From positions 2,542,001-2,606,000 of the forward strand of contig OZ024746.1 of assembly GCA_964016885.1 (NCBI GenBank): a stretch of DNA of 64,000 nucleotides, given 5' to 3'. Below are positions 1 to 11,191 of this stretch, one piece after another. Made by a program: the position numbers and the translations under genes. Positions within the stretch are counted from its first letter, which is position 1. Each line of letters starts with the position of its first letter. The DNA is from Eledone cirrhosa. Lineage: Eukaryota. Below the pieces are notes generated by a model. That model worked only from the letters and a program-made list of their open reading frames with translations. It was not told where the DNA came from and made no database searches.

Positions 1-580
1 CAATAGCGACAATGTCAACAATAGCAATAGCGACAATGTCAACAGTAGCAATAGCGACAATGTCAACAGCAGCAATAGCGACAATGTCAACAACAGCAGC
101 AATAGCGACAATGTCAACAGCAGCAATAGCGACAATGTCAACTGCAGCAATAGTGACAATGTCAACAGCAGCAATAGCGACAATGTCAACTGCAGCAATA
201 GTGACAATGTCAACAGCAGCAATAGCGACAATGTCAACAGCAGCAATAGCGACCATGTCAACAGTAGCAATAGTGACAATGTCAACAGCAGCAATAGCGA
301 CAATGTCAACAGCAGCAATAGCGACAATGTCAACAGCAGCAATAGCGACAATGTCAACTGCAGCAATAGTGACAATGTCAACAGCAGCAATAGTGACAAT
401 GTCAACTGCAGCAATAGTGACAATGTCAACAGCAGCAATAGCGACAATGTCAACAGCAGCAATAGCGACAATGTCAACTGCAGCAATAGTGACAATGTCA
501 ACAGCAGCAATAGTGACAATGTCAACAGCAGCAATAGTGACAATGTCAACAGTAGCAATAGCAGCAGTAGTAGCAATAGC
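1..580. repeat. 24-bp minisatellite (GCAATAGYGACAATGTCAACWGCA)n, about 23 units, running off the window start
   Basis: Direct tandem repeat. It explains the MSTAAIAT/V repeat ORF 12..647. Confidence 0.95.
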
Positions 581-696
581 AACAGTAGTAGCAACAATAA
601 CAACTGGACCAATTAAAGGACTTCTACATGGTCGACCAATCCACTAGAAATAAGCAGCAAAATCTTTTTTACAAAAATCAAAAAGACAGTAATGTG

Positions 697-1072
697 CTTT
701 CAGGTCTCGAATAACTACCCCCTCCCCCCTCGCTTATTAATTTTTCAGATTTGTCCCCCATCCCCGCTCTTATCCCCCCCACACACCTATTTAATTTTGC
801 TAATCTATCTTCAGCGAAATTTTATTTTAAGTGGTAGCATTCCTGTAACAATTAATTTTCATTATACATTAAAAATATTATACACGGCAAAACAAAGTAC
901 ATTTCAAGAAATCTCATATGTTATAAAATACAAAAGATGGGTTGGGGTCTTAATATGTAAACTAAACGAATAATTCTGTTTTTTTTTTTAAAAATCAACA
1001 GAGACAACCGAGATAAAATACTGATTTTCCAAGCCCCGCTTATCCCCTCTCCTATTATTTGGGACCCGAGAG
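697..1072 (-). mobile_element. Non-autonomous TIR element (Tc1/mariner-like MITE), copy 1
   Basis: Ends are CTTTCAGGTCTCGAATAA and TTATTTGGGACCCGAGAG followed by TA. The body is the reverse complement of 10713-11191 and 41842-42135. Confidence 0.75.
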
Positions 1073-1239
1073 TAGTTCTAGAAAAACTATCTGAAACGAT
1101 GTTCGTTATTGGATTGTTATTGATTATAGATCTGTTTAATCAAATCTGAAATAGAGGAGGATTAAACAACTGGAGTGAAACTATTCTTATGTTAGTATGG
1201 CAGCCAGATATGTTAGGGTGGGACTGCAGTTGATAATAT

Positions 1240-1530
1240 TAACCCCAGTAACTAACTGGTACTTTATCAACCTCAGAAGGAAGAATGGTAAAGTTAACCT
1301 CAACAGAATTTCTAACATCAACAATGGATTTCTAATTTATGCACATGACCAGAACATTTGGTGAAAAGGTAAAGTTGATTAAAACAAAGTATTTGATTGT
1401 TACTTTATTTTGTCAACCTTGCAATGATGAAAGGCAAAGCTGACCTTGGTAGGATTTCAACTTAGAATGTAAACAGCCAGAACAATGGTATTTTATCCAA
1501 CACTTTACTAATTCTGCCAATTCCTCACCC
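1240..1530 (-). mobile_element. Two old, decayed tRNA-SINE fragments
   Basis: Diverged matches to the GGTACTTTATTTT...GATGAAAGGCAAAGTTRACCT core of the young SINE copies. Confidence 0.6.
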
Positions 1531-1859
1531 TTGTAACATCAACAATTAAAAACAGAACATCTATATATAGGAATCATTAGTAAAACATTCACACAGACAA
1601 CACTGGATCAGTTTCATATGATAAATCTCAACCAATTACAAACATTTTCCATGTTTTTAAAGCCATAAAACTTAGGGACAAACCAAGAGGCTTCTTCAAT
1701 ATGGATGACATAGATATGACTAGAATGTTGATTAAACAATGTCCTACATTAAATTACTGGATATCATGGACTTAGAAGATCAGACTGAAAATTGATATAA
1801 ACAATACAAAACTTTTAGTGTTGAATGGTATATCTTGTGATATTCTAGCCATTGCTTAC

Positions 1860-1986
1860 TTGGGTGGTAGACTAAATCTACCACCTGGCCCTTGGGTGCC
1901 TTTAATGGGATCCATTCCATTGCAAGCATTCAGACTATGTCCCCAGTTGATATCTTCCTCTCTCTTTTCTACCATTCGTAGAAACC
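1860..1986 (-). CDS. Probable internal coding exon of an unidentified host gene (FLRMVEKREEDINWGHSLNACNGMDPIKGTQGPGGRFSLPP)
   Basis: On the minus strand: acceptor CCATTTCAG|, a 127-nt exon, donor |GTAAGC. Only one of three frames is open (phase 1 to phase 2). Unique sequence with higher GC than flanks. Protein not recognised. Confidence 0.6.
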
Positions 1987-2800
1987 CTGAAATGGGTTAT
2001 TGGAACGACCCTTCCTCCTCACTGATGGACGAAAATAAAAAGGCTGCTAAGCTAATCATTTTCTATATTATAAGGATATGCAAATATGGTTTCCATAGTG
2101 CTAAACTGATGAAAGAAATTTCCCCAGGGACAGAATAACTGTTCCATTTCAGAATCCTAAATATTAATAGGATCAATAGGAATCTCCATCATAGGTAGAT
2201 TATTTTTGTTCTACTGTGGAATTGAAACCTGCAGCAGGCCAATGAAATACCCATAAATTCCAAATTGCTTTAATGCTGAGAGAAGTGAATTATTCCACCT
2301 ACATTGTTTACATAGAGTTATTGGAAGCCTCAATGAGGTTATTTAATGTGCAAGAAATAGCAGTCAAATCTCCCTCATATCACACCCTACCAACTTAGGA
2401 AAGGAAAAGACAAGGAAATCTAGAACAACATACTCATTATATGGCTGGAATGTATTTAATCCTAGGTTTATTCAATCAGAGTTGACCTGGGTTAAAGAAT
2501 AACAACATCATCAATAACAACTACATAGAGCCGGGCTGGCAGATTTGGTTGAATTAAACTAAGTTTCTGGGCCAAATATATGAGAGTGTCAGTTAATATA
2601 ACTAACCCATATATAGAGTAGAAAACAAAACGAGTTAACATGTGAATATACTAACAGGAACCAATGTGTGTGTGTGTGTATGTGTGATGATGATATATAT
2701 ATATATATATAAATGAAGTATTTCCGTTGGAAAGGTACAGGAAGAAAGAGTGCTCTATGTAGGCTACAGAGCTTATTAGTTATGTAATAAACAAGATAAT

Positions 2801-2860
2801 TACATTTACAAGTGGTTTCTTGAAGGCAGATGTTATGTCTGTCTTCAGTCGTCAGAATGA
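2801..2860 (-). ncRNA. Type I hammerhead ribozyme motif (antisense partner copy)
   Basis: Minus strand reads ttcatt CUGACGA ctgaagacaga-cataaca-tctgccttcaa GAAA ccacttg UA aatgta. Core intact; stems I and III are slightly weaker than in the plus copy. Confidence 0.65.
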
Positions 2861-2872
2861 ATAAAAAAATTA

Positions 2873-2933
2873 TTCATTCTGACGACTGAAGACAGACAAA
2901 ACATCTGCCTTCAAGAAACCACTGGTAAATGAA
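2873..2933 (+). ncRNA. Type I hammerhead ribozyme motif
   Basis: Stem I TTCATT/AATGAA, CUGACGA (2879-2885), stem II TGAAG.CAGA/TCTG.CTTCA, GAAA (2915-2918), near-palindromic stem III A-CCACTGG-U, GUA cleavage triplet (cut after 2927). Confidence 0.8.
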
Positions 2934-2956
2934 ATAATTATCTTATGTTGTTTATT

Positions 2957-3205
2957 ACATGTGATGTGCATGGAGGATGACTGCTGGATAAAGAAGTGCC
3001 AAGAAATCCCAGTAGAAGGAAGACGAAGAAGAGGTAGACTACATAAAACATGGGCGGAGGTGGTGAGAGCAGACCTCAGATCGCTGAAGCTCACCGAGGA
3101 GATGACGAAGGACTGTGACAAGTGGAGAGATGCTGTGTTGAATAGGACCCGACCAACCCTTTCAAGCAGGGAAAAGTGAACGTAAAATGATGATGATGGT
3201 GATGA
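2957..3205 (+). mobile_element. RTE-clade LINE 3' end, short-3'UTR subfamily
   Basis: ORF ...VEGRRRRGRLHKTWAEVV...KWRDAVLNRTRPTLSSREK followed by a (TGA)n tail. Homologous to 12579-13206 and 15138-15335. Confidence 0.9.
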
Positions 3206-3321
3206 TATATATTGGAAAGTGTGTGAGGTCCTTGGTACAGTTAGGTATATTTGAAAAAAAAGGAAAAGAATGACTTCACTTGTAGTTCTAAATAATTTGA
3301 TTTAATTTTATAATATAATAA

Positions 3322-3506
3322 TTGTTTTTACTTTTTGACACAAGGCCAACAATTATCCCAGTGTATTACTGGTACTTTATTTTATCGACCCCGTAAGGAT
3401 GAAAGGCAAAGTTAACCTCGGCGGGATTTGAACTCAGTCCGTAAAGGGACGTAACTATGCTAGAAAGCATGGCGTCCAACCCTCTACCGATACTGCCAAT
3501 TCACCA
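3322..3506 (-). mobile_element. tRNA-derived SINE (young family)
   Basis: Pol III A box TGGCAGTATCGG and B box GAGTTCAAATCCC, plus the GCCTTTCATCCTTACGGGGTCGATAAAA core. At least 8 near-identical copies in the window. Confidence 0.9.
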
Positions 3507-4105
3507 TAATAATATGAGTTGGTAGATCTAATAAGTTCTTTGTTAACTTCGGTGGGAAGAATTTTAAAGATTCCTGGTTAACTTTCTTGGAGAACTTTCT
3601 CGCATTCATCGGTGGCGATTGTCAAACTGAGATCAGGTTATGTTGTGATGTGTGACTCTATATATAGAAGAGATTTGAATGTGTTTGGGGTGTGGTGTTA
3701 ATGAGTGTGGGGTGTGGTGTTAATGAGTGTGGGAGTGAAGGAGTGTTGATGGAATATATATACAGAGCAGAGAGTGTTGAAGTTAAATGATGAATTGTGA
3801 TGATATATATATATAACCCATGCTAGCATGGAAAATAGATGTTAAACGATGATATATATATAAATAGATGTTAAACGATGATATGTATGTATGTATATAT
3901 ATATATAAAAAAGAAATAGGATTTCGCTTCAAGCATAGCTTTATACAATATGTATAAATATTTCGTATCTCCAAAGAAATACGGTTTTAGGAAGCCGTAG
4001 GGGGGCTAACGCGACTGCTGGACTAGAAGACAGGCGAGAATATATACTTTTCTCGTCTGTGTAAATCTTTTTTATTATAAGTTGAGCCAACTTATGCAGC
4101 TTCAT

Positions 4106-4156
4106 ATGCAAATGAGATTAATCACCTCATTTACACAGACGAGAAAAGTATATATT
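4106..4156 (+). promoter_or_regulatory. Octamer (ATGCAAAT) plus TATA-like AAAGTATATATT upstream of a hammerhead
   Basis: The same motifs, order and spacing recur on the minus strand at 45091-45042 in a different element. Confidence 0.45.
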
Positions 4157-4195
4157 CTCGCCTGTCTTCTAGTCCAGCAGTCGTAAGCGGTGGGA

Positions 4196-4248
4196 GGGAC
4201 CGTCCTGACGAAGGCCAGTTAAGCCTGAAAGGCATAGATGGTTGTCCC
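4196..4248 (+). ncRNA. Minimal type I hammerhead ribozyme motif
   Basis: Stem I CCGTC/GATGG extended by GGGA/TCCC, CUGACGA (4205-4211), stem II AGGC-cagttaa-GCCT, GAAA, ggca, UA. The stem III loop is one change from the palindrome ATGCAT. Confidence 0.75.
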
Positions 4249-4361
4249 CCTTGCTTCTGCTGGACATCGCCAGAGGGCGTTAGCCCCCCCCCCCCCCGGT
4301 GTTTGCATAGCTACGGCTTCCTAAAACCGTATTTGTTTGGAGATACGAAATATTTATACAT

Positions 4362-4393
<32 letters not shown>

Positions 4394-5621
4394 ATCTTTA
4401 ATTTGGTCCACTGTTATGGAGGTACCTCCAGACGGCAGCAGGTCTCTGGCATTTGCAACCTCTGTCTGAGACCCCCAAGATGCTCAGTGGTGGAATAAAT
4501 ATAATCAATCACAGGGCAGATTTCTTTGGTGCATGTCGATACCTAAGGATGGGAACTTTCCTCAAGCTATATGGATAGCAACCCTACCACACCGAGTCCC
4601 AGAGACACCAACCCTGCCTGCTGCACTTATCTCTTCTCTCTTCTTGTCTCGATTAGCATCTAAAAATACCCCAGAGCCACACTAACTTAGCAGTTAGGCC
4701 CATGTCTTACTTCACCTTGGATTTCCCTTCTTTCTCACTTCCTTAGTTCTAATCCAAGTATCAAACCACTAGCTATTTAGTGAGATAATATACCTTGGCA
4801 GAATCTAATCCTGGGTATCTACATACACCCCACATTTCTGCTCACTGGGCTACAACATCTACCATCAGTCTGTAATTCGGTTTTCCTAACGACAAACTAC
4901 CTCCTTTCACACATAAAAATCAATACAAATTGTGATAAATAATTAGGACATACCTGTTATGTCTATTCTCACCCTTCTAAAGGGTACATATGTGTCTATG
5001 TATATACGTATGTGTGTGTATATATGTGTATGTATATGTATAAAAATGTGTGTATATGTGTGTTTGTGTGGGTATGCGTGTATCTGGATACGTGTGTGTG
5101 CTGGTATGTATTATATGTTTACAATATGGATTAAAATTTCAACACCTATAATTATAATTTTAACACCTTTTATTATGAGGACTTCATGTTGATAAGCATA
5201 GACATTCCCAAATGAACCCATATCTAGTTACATACATGAACTTTTCACTAACAACTCCAATCAGGAGTAGTAGTAACATATTAACACTATGGCCATCAAT
5301 GTCAGCTAGGTCACCTAGACCAAAACACCCCAATATTCTGGGTATATACAGTGATTATAGTTGGTTGTTAAAAACAACCCTATCAAACTGACTTGTTTCC
5401 AAGACAACTGACCTAAGAAATTTAATGAACTTGGTACTGGAATAAATCTGACCAATGGGAAAGAGGTAGATTCTACTGAATTTGTTCATTCTAAATCATA
5501 TGCCACCAGTGTTTTGAGAAAACAACACCATACTCCAGCACTGGGCATATCAAAAGATCGAAATAACAGAGGTAAACCTTGTTCCATCATTGTTTTTCTG
5601 TTTTTTTCTGTTCAAATTCTA

Positions 5622-5680
5622 GCTGTCTGATGAGGTCATGGCTGTTCCATAATGGTTATCACCGAAATATATATAACAGC
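5622..5680 (+). ncRNA. Type I hammerhead ribozyme motif, followed by AATAAA and (TA)n
   Basis: Stem I GCTGT/ACAGC, CUGAUGA (5627-5633), 13-bp stem II with G-U pairs and one mismatch, GAAA (5664-5667), palindromic ATATATAT stem III, AUA triplet. Confidence 0.8.
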
Positions 5681-5747
5681 GAATATGAATAAATGAAGTT
5701 AATTTTAATCCGTTGACATACTTCTTGTTTATATATATATATATATA

Positions 5748-5942
5748 ACAAAGGAAGTGTGGTAAGGAACCAGGTGGACCATAATGCACCAGAGTACTCT
5801 ATACTATGGGGAGTAGAGTGGGTAATAGGAAAAGAGTCAGAACCCCGACGGCAGAGCTCAAGCCGTTTCAACAGCTATTTCTGGACTAGACATAGCTGTC
5901 AAAACGGCTTGAGCTCTGCCGTCGGGGTTCTGACTATTTTCC

Positions 5943-5944
<2 letters not shown>
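5748..5944. mobile_element. Dispersed repeat (probable Penelope-like tail) ending in a ~57-bp-arm hairpin, flanked by (TA)n
   Basis: Arms 5826-5882 and 5888-5944. Related copies at 13435-13620 (also a hairpin), 37535-37700 and about 28090-28190. Confidence 0.7.
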
Positions 5945-5973
<29 letters not shown>

Positions 5974-6027
5974 ATAATAATAAATGCGAAGACTAAAATC
6001 CAAAGAGGGCTCGATAGGGATAAATAT

Positions 6028-6880
6028 AGAACGGGATGGAAAAAGTTCAGAGAGTTTATACCACTATTGGCCGCTAAAGGGTTCTCTCTAAAAATGAATA
6101 CGAACAGCAATGTTACATGGCAGTGAGACTTGGGCATTGTGTGCAGAGGATATATGCAGACTGGAGAGAAACGAAGCTTGCATGCTACGCTGGATGTGTA
6201 ATAGTAATATACGTGAACGGCAAAGCATAAATGAATTAAGGGAGAAATTAGGAATAAGAGGAATCAGATGTTGTTTACTCGAGAGAAGACTACGTTGGTA
6301 CAGTCATGTGATGCGCATGAAAGACGATAGCTGTATAAAAAGGTGCAGGGCGATAAAAATAGACGGTAGACACGGAGTAGGCAGACCCAGAAAAACCTGG
6401 GACGACTTGATAAATTCCGACCTCACACACTTACACCTCTCTAAGACAATGTCACTGGACCGAGATCTTTGGCGCTACACAGTAATACAGAAGACCCGCC
6501 TTGCCTAAGTACAAAGCGAAACCTACAGTCAGTAGGCACCTCTAACAAAAATACACCCTCATCTTACCATCCCCACCCCATCCACACCACTCCTTTCAAT
6601 GTAAAGTTATGTTGGTACCACAACATCCAGTCCGAAACAAATGAGGTCGTGTAGGTGTCACGACAAAAAAACACACAGTCCTCGCTGTAATGTGGCCGTG
6701 TAGGTAACACGGTAAAAACCTCCCAGTCCACACTGTAAATGTGGTTGGTGTTAGGAAGGGCATCCAGCCATAGAAAACCCGCCAGACAGTCCTATGCGAG
6801 CAGGATAACCAATCTTGCCTCAAGTGGGAAAATTCCTGTCCAAACCCATGCACGCGTGGAAGATGATCGTTAAATGATGA
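6028..6880 (+). mobile_element. RTE-clade LINE 3' fragment, long-3'UTR subfamily
   Basis: [10 protein letters not shown]...LRWYSHVMRM...GRPRKTW. Colinear with 24195-25055 including the 3'UTR, with a small deletion near 6098 and a (TGA)n tail. Confidence 0.92.
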
Positions 6881-7427
6881 TACACACACACACACACACA
6901 CACACATACATGTATTGTCACATACTGTGTTATGGTGAATTTCCCCCCAAATGCCATTAAGAATAAACATGTCTGTGGAGTGACAAGCCACATACACATT
7001 AATTTCATGAACAGTTCATTCCATTAATCGACCAACTGAAATGACCATCATTGGAACTGATGGAGATTCTATATACAACATCTTCCATGTTTCCATGGGT
7101 TAGATAAGTGAAGATGGAGACAAGTCAGATCAGGTGACCAGGTCTTGCTCATAAGGATCTGTTTTGGGCTTTGTTTCCTAACACTAACACTAACCATGTT
7201 ACAGCATGGACTAAGTACTTTATACATATATAGTGGAAATGAAAAAAATCATCGGTGTATATTTGAAAAATGATAAAAATGATATCCATGCTTGTATGGA
7301 AAACAGACGTTAAACGATGATGATGATACTTCTGATGATTCTTATAATTTTTCGAATATGTGTGTGTGTGTGTGTTGTGTACATAGGGAGAATGCAGTGA
7401 CTCCATAAGGAGGTCATATTCCTGTCA

Positions 7428-7680
7428 AGACAAAAAGCACTCAGACCCCTTGTAAGATGATAGTGCTGGTACCATGACAAAAAACCCCAGTCCCGGCTGG
7501 AAAGTGGTTGTCTTTAGGAAGGGCATCCAACCATAGAAATCCAAGTGAAACAAGGTGTGTATGAGCATGACGTGGTCACCTGACTTGTTTAGCCTGATAA
7601 GTGACAGCCTGTATTAAATAGACTGTCACTTTATGAGGCTATGTGAGGATGGAAAATAGATGGTACACAGTGATGATGAT

Positions 7681-7682
<2 letters not shown>
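7428..7682 (+). mobile_element. Decayed SINE sharing the GTGGTTGGYGTTAGGAAGGGCATCC core and RTE-type tail
   Basis: Matches the 3'UTR segment of the long RTE subfamily. Related minus-strand copies at 27120-27282 and 33038-33335. Confidence 0.6.
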
Positions 7683-7737
<55 letters not shown>

Positions 7738-8520
7738 ATATAGGGTGGTAAGTCCAAAACAATAAGAATGTTAAAAGACAACATACAAAGTCAATATGGA
7801 AAGAATACAGTTTGACGATAAACCGATAGATATATGGACAGATGCATATACACACACACATGTCTGTGTGTGTGTGTGTGTGCACGCGCACATGTGACTA
7901 AATATAATAATCTATGTTTGATTATTGGGTTTGAGTGAAAATCCAATTCCTTAGACGCTGGCCAAGGGATTTTCTATTAATTTCTATAATCAATTTCCAT
8001 CAAATCACCTTTCAAATTTGACCTAACACTTTTCTGCTTGATCTCTAGTGGACATTGTTCTGACATTTGCCTCTAACATCTCACATATGTTAATAATAAT
8101 GTAGGAACATGACCTTGCTGATTTCCATGCTCTCATCTCTGTTTCTGTTGTGCTAGGAAAGAATGTTGCATCTATAATTGATTGTTACATGAAATAGTGT
8201 TGATGTGCATTCGTGTGCGTACACATTTCTCTTCTCACATGTCTACATAAATACATATTTGCATAAATTTTCATAAATGTTTATACATAAACATATGCAT
8301 TTCTGTGTGTATATGTGTATATATATATATATGTGTATTGTAAGCGTGTATGTGTATGTATGTATGTGTATGTATGTATGTGTATGGTAAGTGTGTATAG
8401 GTATGTGTATGTATATATGTGTATTGCAAGCGTGTGCAAGAGAAAGTGTATATATATATAAACACACATACATGTGTATGTTTGTGGATATACTTCATGT
8501 GTGTCTATGAGTATGTACAG

Positions 8521-8622
8521 GGAAGAAATTATAAGTGAAACTGTTGTCAATGATGCTTTCAACATTAAGTCATCAGTGGAAACAATGACACCAAAAATTG
8601 TTAGAACTCTCATGAGATGGAG
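8521..8622 (+). other. Weak candidate exon (EEIISETVVNDAFNIKSSVETMTPKIVRTLMRW)
   Basis: TACAG| 102 nt open frame |GTGAGA, symmetric phase. Poor polypyrimidine tract and no recognised homology. Confidence 0.2.
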
Positions 8623-8744
8623 GTGAGATGAGTTACTGAGTGTGAAGCAATTACTTGTTTCCGGCTTTATCACATGGCAGCTTAGAATTTGGTAAATTCT
8701 GTTACACTGAAACAGAATCAACTTTAAATACTTCACAGAAATTT

Positions 8745-9670
8745 GTTCTCTGTCTCCATGTACACTGTCTCTCATGTACACTGTCTCACTGTCTCCATGT
8801 ACACTGTCTCTCATGTACACTGTCTCACTGTCTCCATGTACACTGTCTCTCATGTACACTGTCTCACATGTACACTGTCTCACTGCCTCTCATGTACACT
8901 GTCTCATGTACACTGTCTCACTGCCTCTCATGTACACTGCCTCTCATGTACACTGTCTCACTGCCTCTCATGTACACTGTCTCATGTACACTGCCACTCA
9001 TGTACACTGTCACTCATGTACACTGTCACTCATGTACACTGTCACTCATGTACACTGTCTCACTGTCTCTCATGTACACTGTCTCTCATGTTCACTGTCT
9101 CTCATGTACATTGTCTCTCATGTACACTGTCTCTCATGTACACTGTCACTCATGTTCACTGTCACTCATGTTCACTGTCTCACTGTCTCATGTACACTGC
9201 CTCACTGTCTCCATGTACACTGTCTCTCGTGTACACTGTCTCACTGTCTCTCATGTACACTGTCTCTCATTACACTGTCTCTCATTACACTGTCTCTCAT
9301 TACACTGTCTCACTGTCTCTCATATTCACTGTCTCACTATCTCTCATGTACACTGTCTCTCATGTACACTGTCTCTCATGTACACTGTCTCACTGTCTCA
9401 TGTACACTGTCTCATGTACACTGTCTCATGTACACTGTCTCATGTACACTGTCTCATGTACACTGTCTCACAAGTACACTATCTCTCATGTTCTCATGTA
9501 CACTGCCTCTCATGTACACTGCCTCTCATGTACACTGCCTCTCATGTACACTGTCTCATGTACACTGTCTCATGTACACTGTCTCTCACGTACACTGCCT
9601 CTCATGTACACTGTCTCATGTACACTGTCTCACTGCCTCTCATCTACACTGTCTCTCACGTACACTGTCC
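8745..9670. repeat. Minisatellite based on CATGTACACTGTCT(CT) with CACTGTCT sub-repeats
   Basis: Direct tandem repeat of 14-16 bp units and variants. Source of the His/Cys-rich ORFs in all three frames. Confidence 0.95.
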
Positions 9671-9902
9671 TCCAGAAGTGACAACAACAACTGTTTCTCA
9701 CAGCTACAAGGCCAGAAATCTGAGAAATGGATTAGTTGATTAAATGAAGGCCAGTACTTGACTGGTATTTTATTGTATGACCCTCAGTACTTGACTGGTA
9801 TTTTATTGTATGACCCTCAGAAGGATGAAAGTCAATCTTGATGGGATTTAAATTCAGATCACAAAGAACCACAACTGAATACTGAAAAATATATACAGGA
9901 AA

Positions 9903-10110
9903 CTGACTGGCCAGTCTGCTGATATGCAAATCTGACTGATCAGCCAGTCTGCTAATATGCAAATCTGGCTGATCAGTGGATCTGCTAATATGCAAATCTG
10001 ACTGATCAGCCAGTCTGCTAATATGCAAATCTGGCTGATCAGTGGATCTGCTAATATGCATATCTGACTGATCAGCCAGTCTGCTAATATGCAAATCAGA
10101 CCGATCAGTC
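9903..10110. repeat. 33-bp minisatellite, 6 units, each carrying an octamer motif
   Basis: ATGCAAAT at 9924, 9957, 9990, 10023 and 10089, and ATGCATAT at 10056. Confidence 0.9.
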
Positions 10111-10712
10111 ACTGTGTATTTTTGAAAATAGCATATATTTTCACTAGCTCTGACAGTTTGGCAGGTGAACAGTGAGCTGTACTGATAAAGGGTGATACCC
10201 AGAAACATTTCTTTTTGCAGTTCTTTTTTACATGCCAACACAAGAGCAAGAATGAAGAGTTCATTCTACTGACATGGCTATAAAAATGAGGCTCGTTTGT
10301 TTAATTGCAAACGAATCGAATGTTATTATTAATATTCGAAAAACTCAGATTACATTTATTGTATTCAGCCATGTAGAGCGAAAATTTTGTTTTTATTAGA
10401 AAAATATATTAACTTACACTCTTACTATTCCAGATAGTTTCTAACAAACACAAAGTCACAAATATTTGGTAATGAGTCTTGCCAATTAAATTGATCTCCA
10501 ATACTTGTGCATATTTCATTGACATCTGAAACGTCAACTTCATTCTAATGAATCATAACCATTCTATGTTTAAATTGTACTAACATTCACTTAGTCTTTT
10601 ATACTTTCCACAAATTTCACCTTAGAGGAATTTTAACTCAGAATGGTTATAATGGTTACATTGGCACAAGTCCTCAAATGTGATGGGTGTGAAGAGGGGA
10701 GATGAAGATATA

Positions 10713-11191
10713 TTCTTGGGTACCAAACAATAGGGGGTGAAGGTGGAATAAGCGGGGGGGGGGGGTAAGCAAGGGGGATAAGCCAGGGCGGGGGATAAGC
10801 CAGGGCGGGGGGTAAGCCGGGGGGGGGGGACACAAGTGAGGGGGTTGATTGGAAAATTGGTAATTTTTGTAGGTTGTCTCTTGATTTTATAAAAACCAGA
10901 ATTAATCATTTAGTTTACATATTGAGACCCCAGCCCATCCTATTTATTTTATAACATATGGGATTTCTAGTAATGTAATTTATTTGTCATGTATGTTTTT
11001 TAATGTATAAAGAAAATTAATTGTTGCAAGAATGCTACTACTTAAAATAAAATTTCGCTGGAGATAGATTAGAAAAATTTAATTAGTGGGGGTGTTGGAA
11101 TAAGAGTGAGAGATGGGGTGGTGGAAAAATCTGAAAAATTAATAAGTGATGGGTGGGGGGTGGGGGATGACGATTATTTGAGACCCAAGAG
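10713..11191 (+). mobile_element. Tc1/mariner-like MITE, copy 2, with an internal G-rich expansion
   Basis: TA|TTCTTGGGTACCAAACAAT ... ATTATTTGAGACCCAAGAG. Body homologous to 697-1072. Confidence 0.75.

Larger units (their letters stand above)
2711..2960. mobile_element. Penelope-like pLTR fragment forming a fold-back, abutting (TA)n
   Basis: Inverted arms about 2782-2863 and 2870-2960. The tail 2711-2772 is the reverse complement of the tail at 26762-26832. Carries hammerhead motifs on both strands. Confidence 0.7.
3905..4369. mobile_element. Fold-back Penelope-like/retrozyme-like element between (TA)n tracts
   Basis: Left arm 3942-4067 is the reverse complement of 4129-4184 plus 4277-4369. 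The hammerhead-bearing segment is present only in the right arm. Confidence 0.75.

Noticed and set aside
12-647. 211-aa Ala/Thr/Met repeat ORF resembling an antifreeze or mucin-like protein
   Set aside because: It follows from a 24-bp stop-free minisatellite. No unique coding context or splice evidence.
8655-9743. Long His/Cys-rich ORFs suggesting a metal-binding protein
   Set aside because: Open in all three frames because the repeat lacks stop codons, and unit lengths are not multiples of three.
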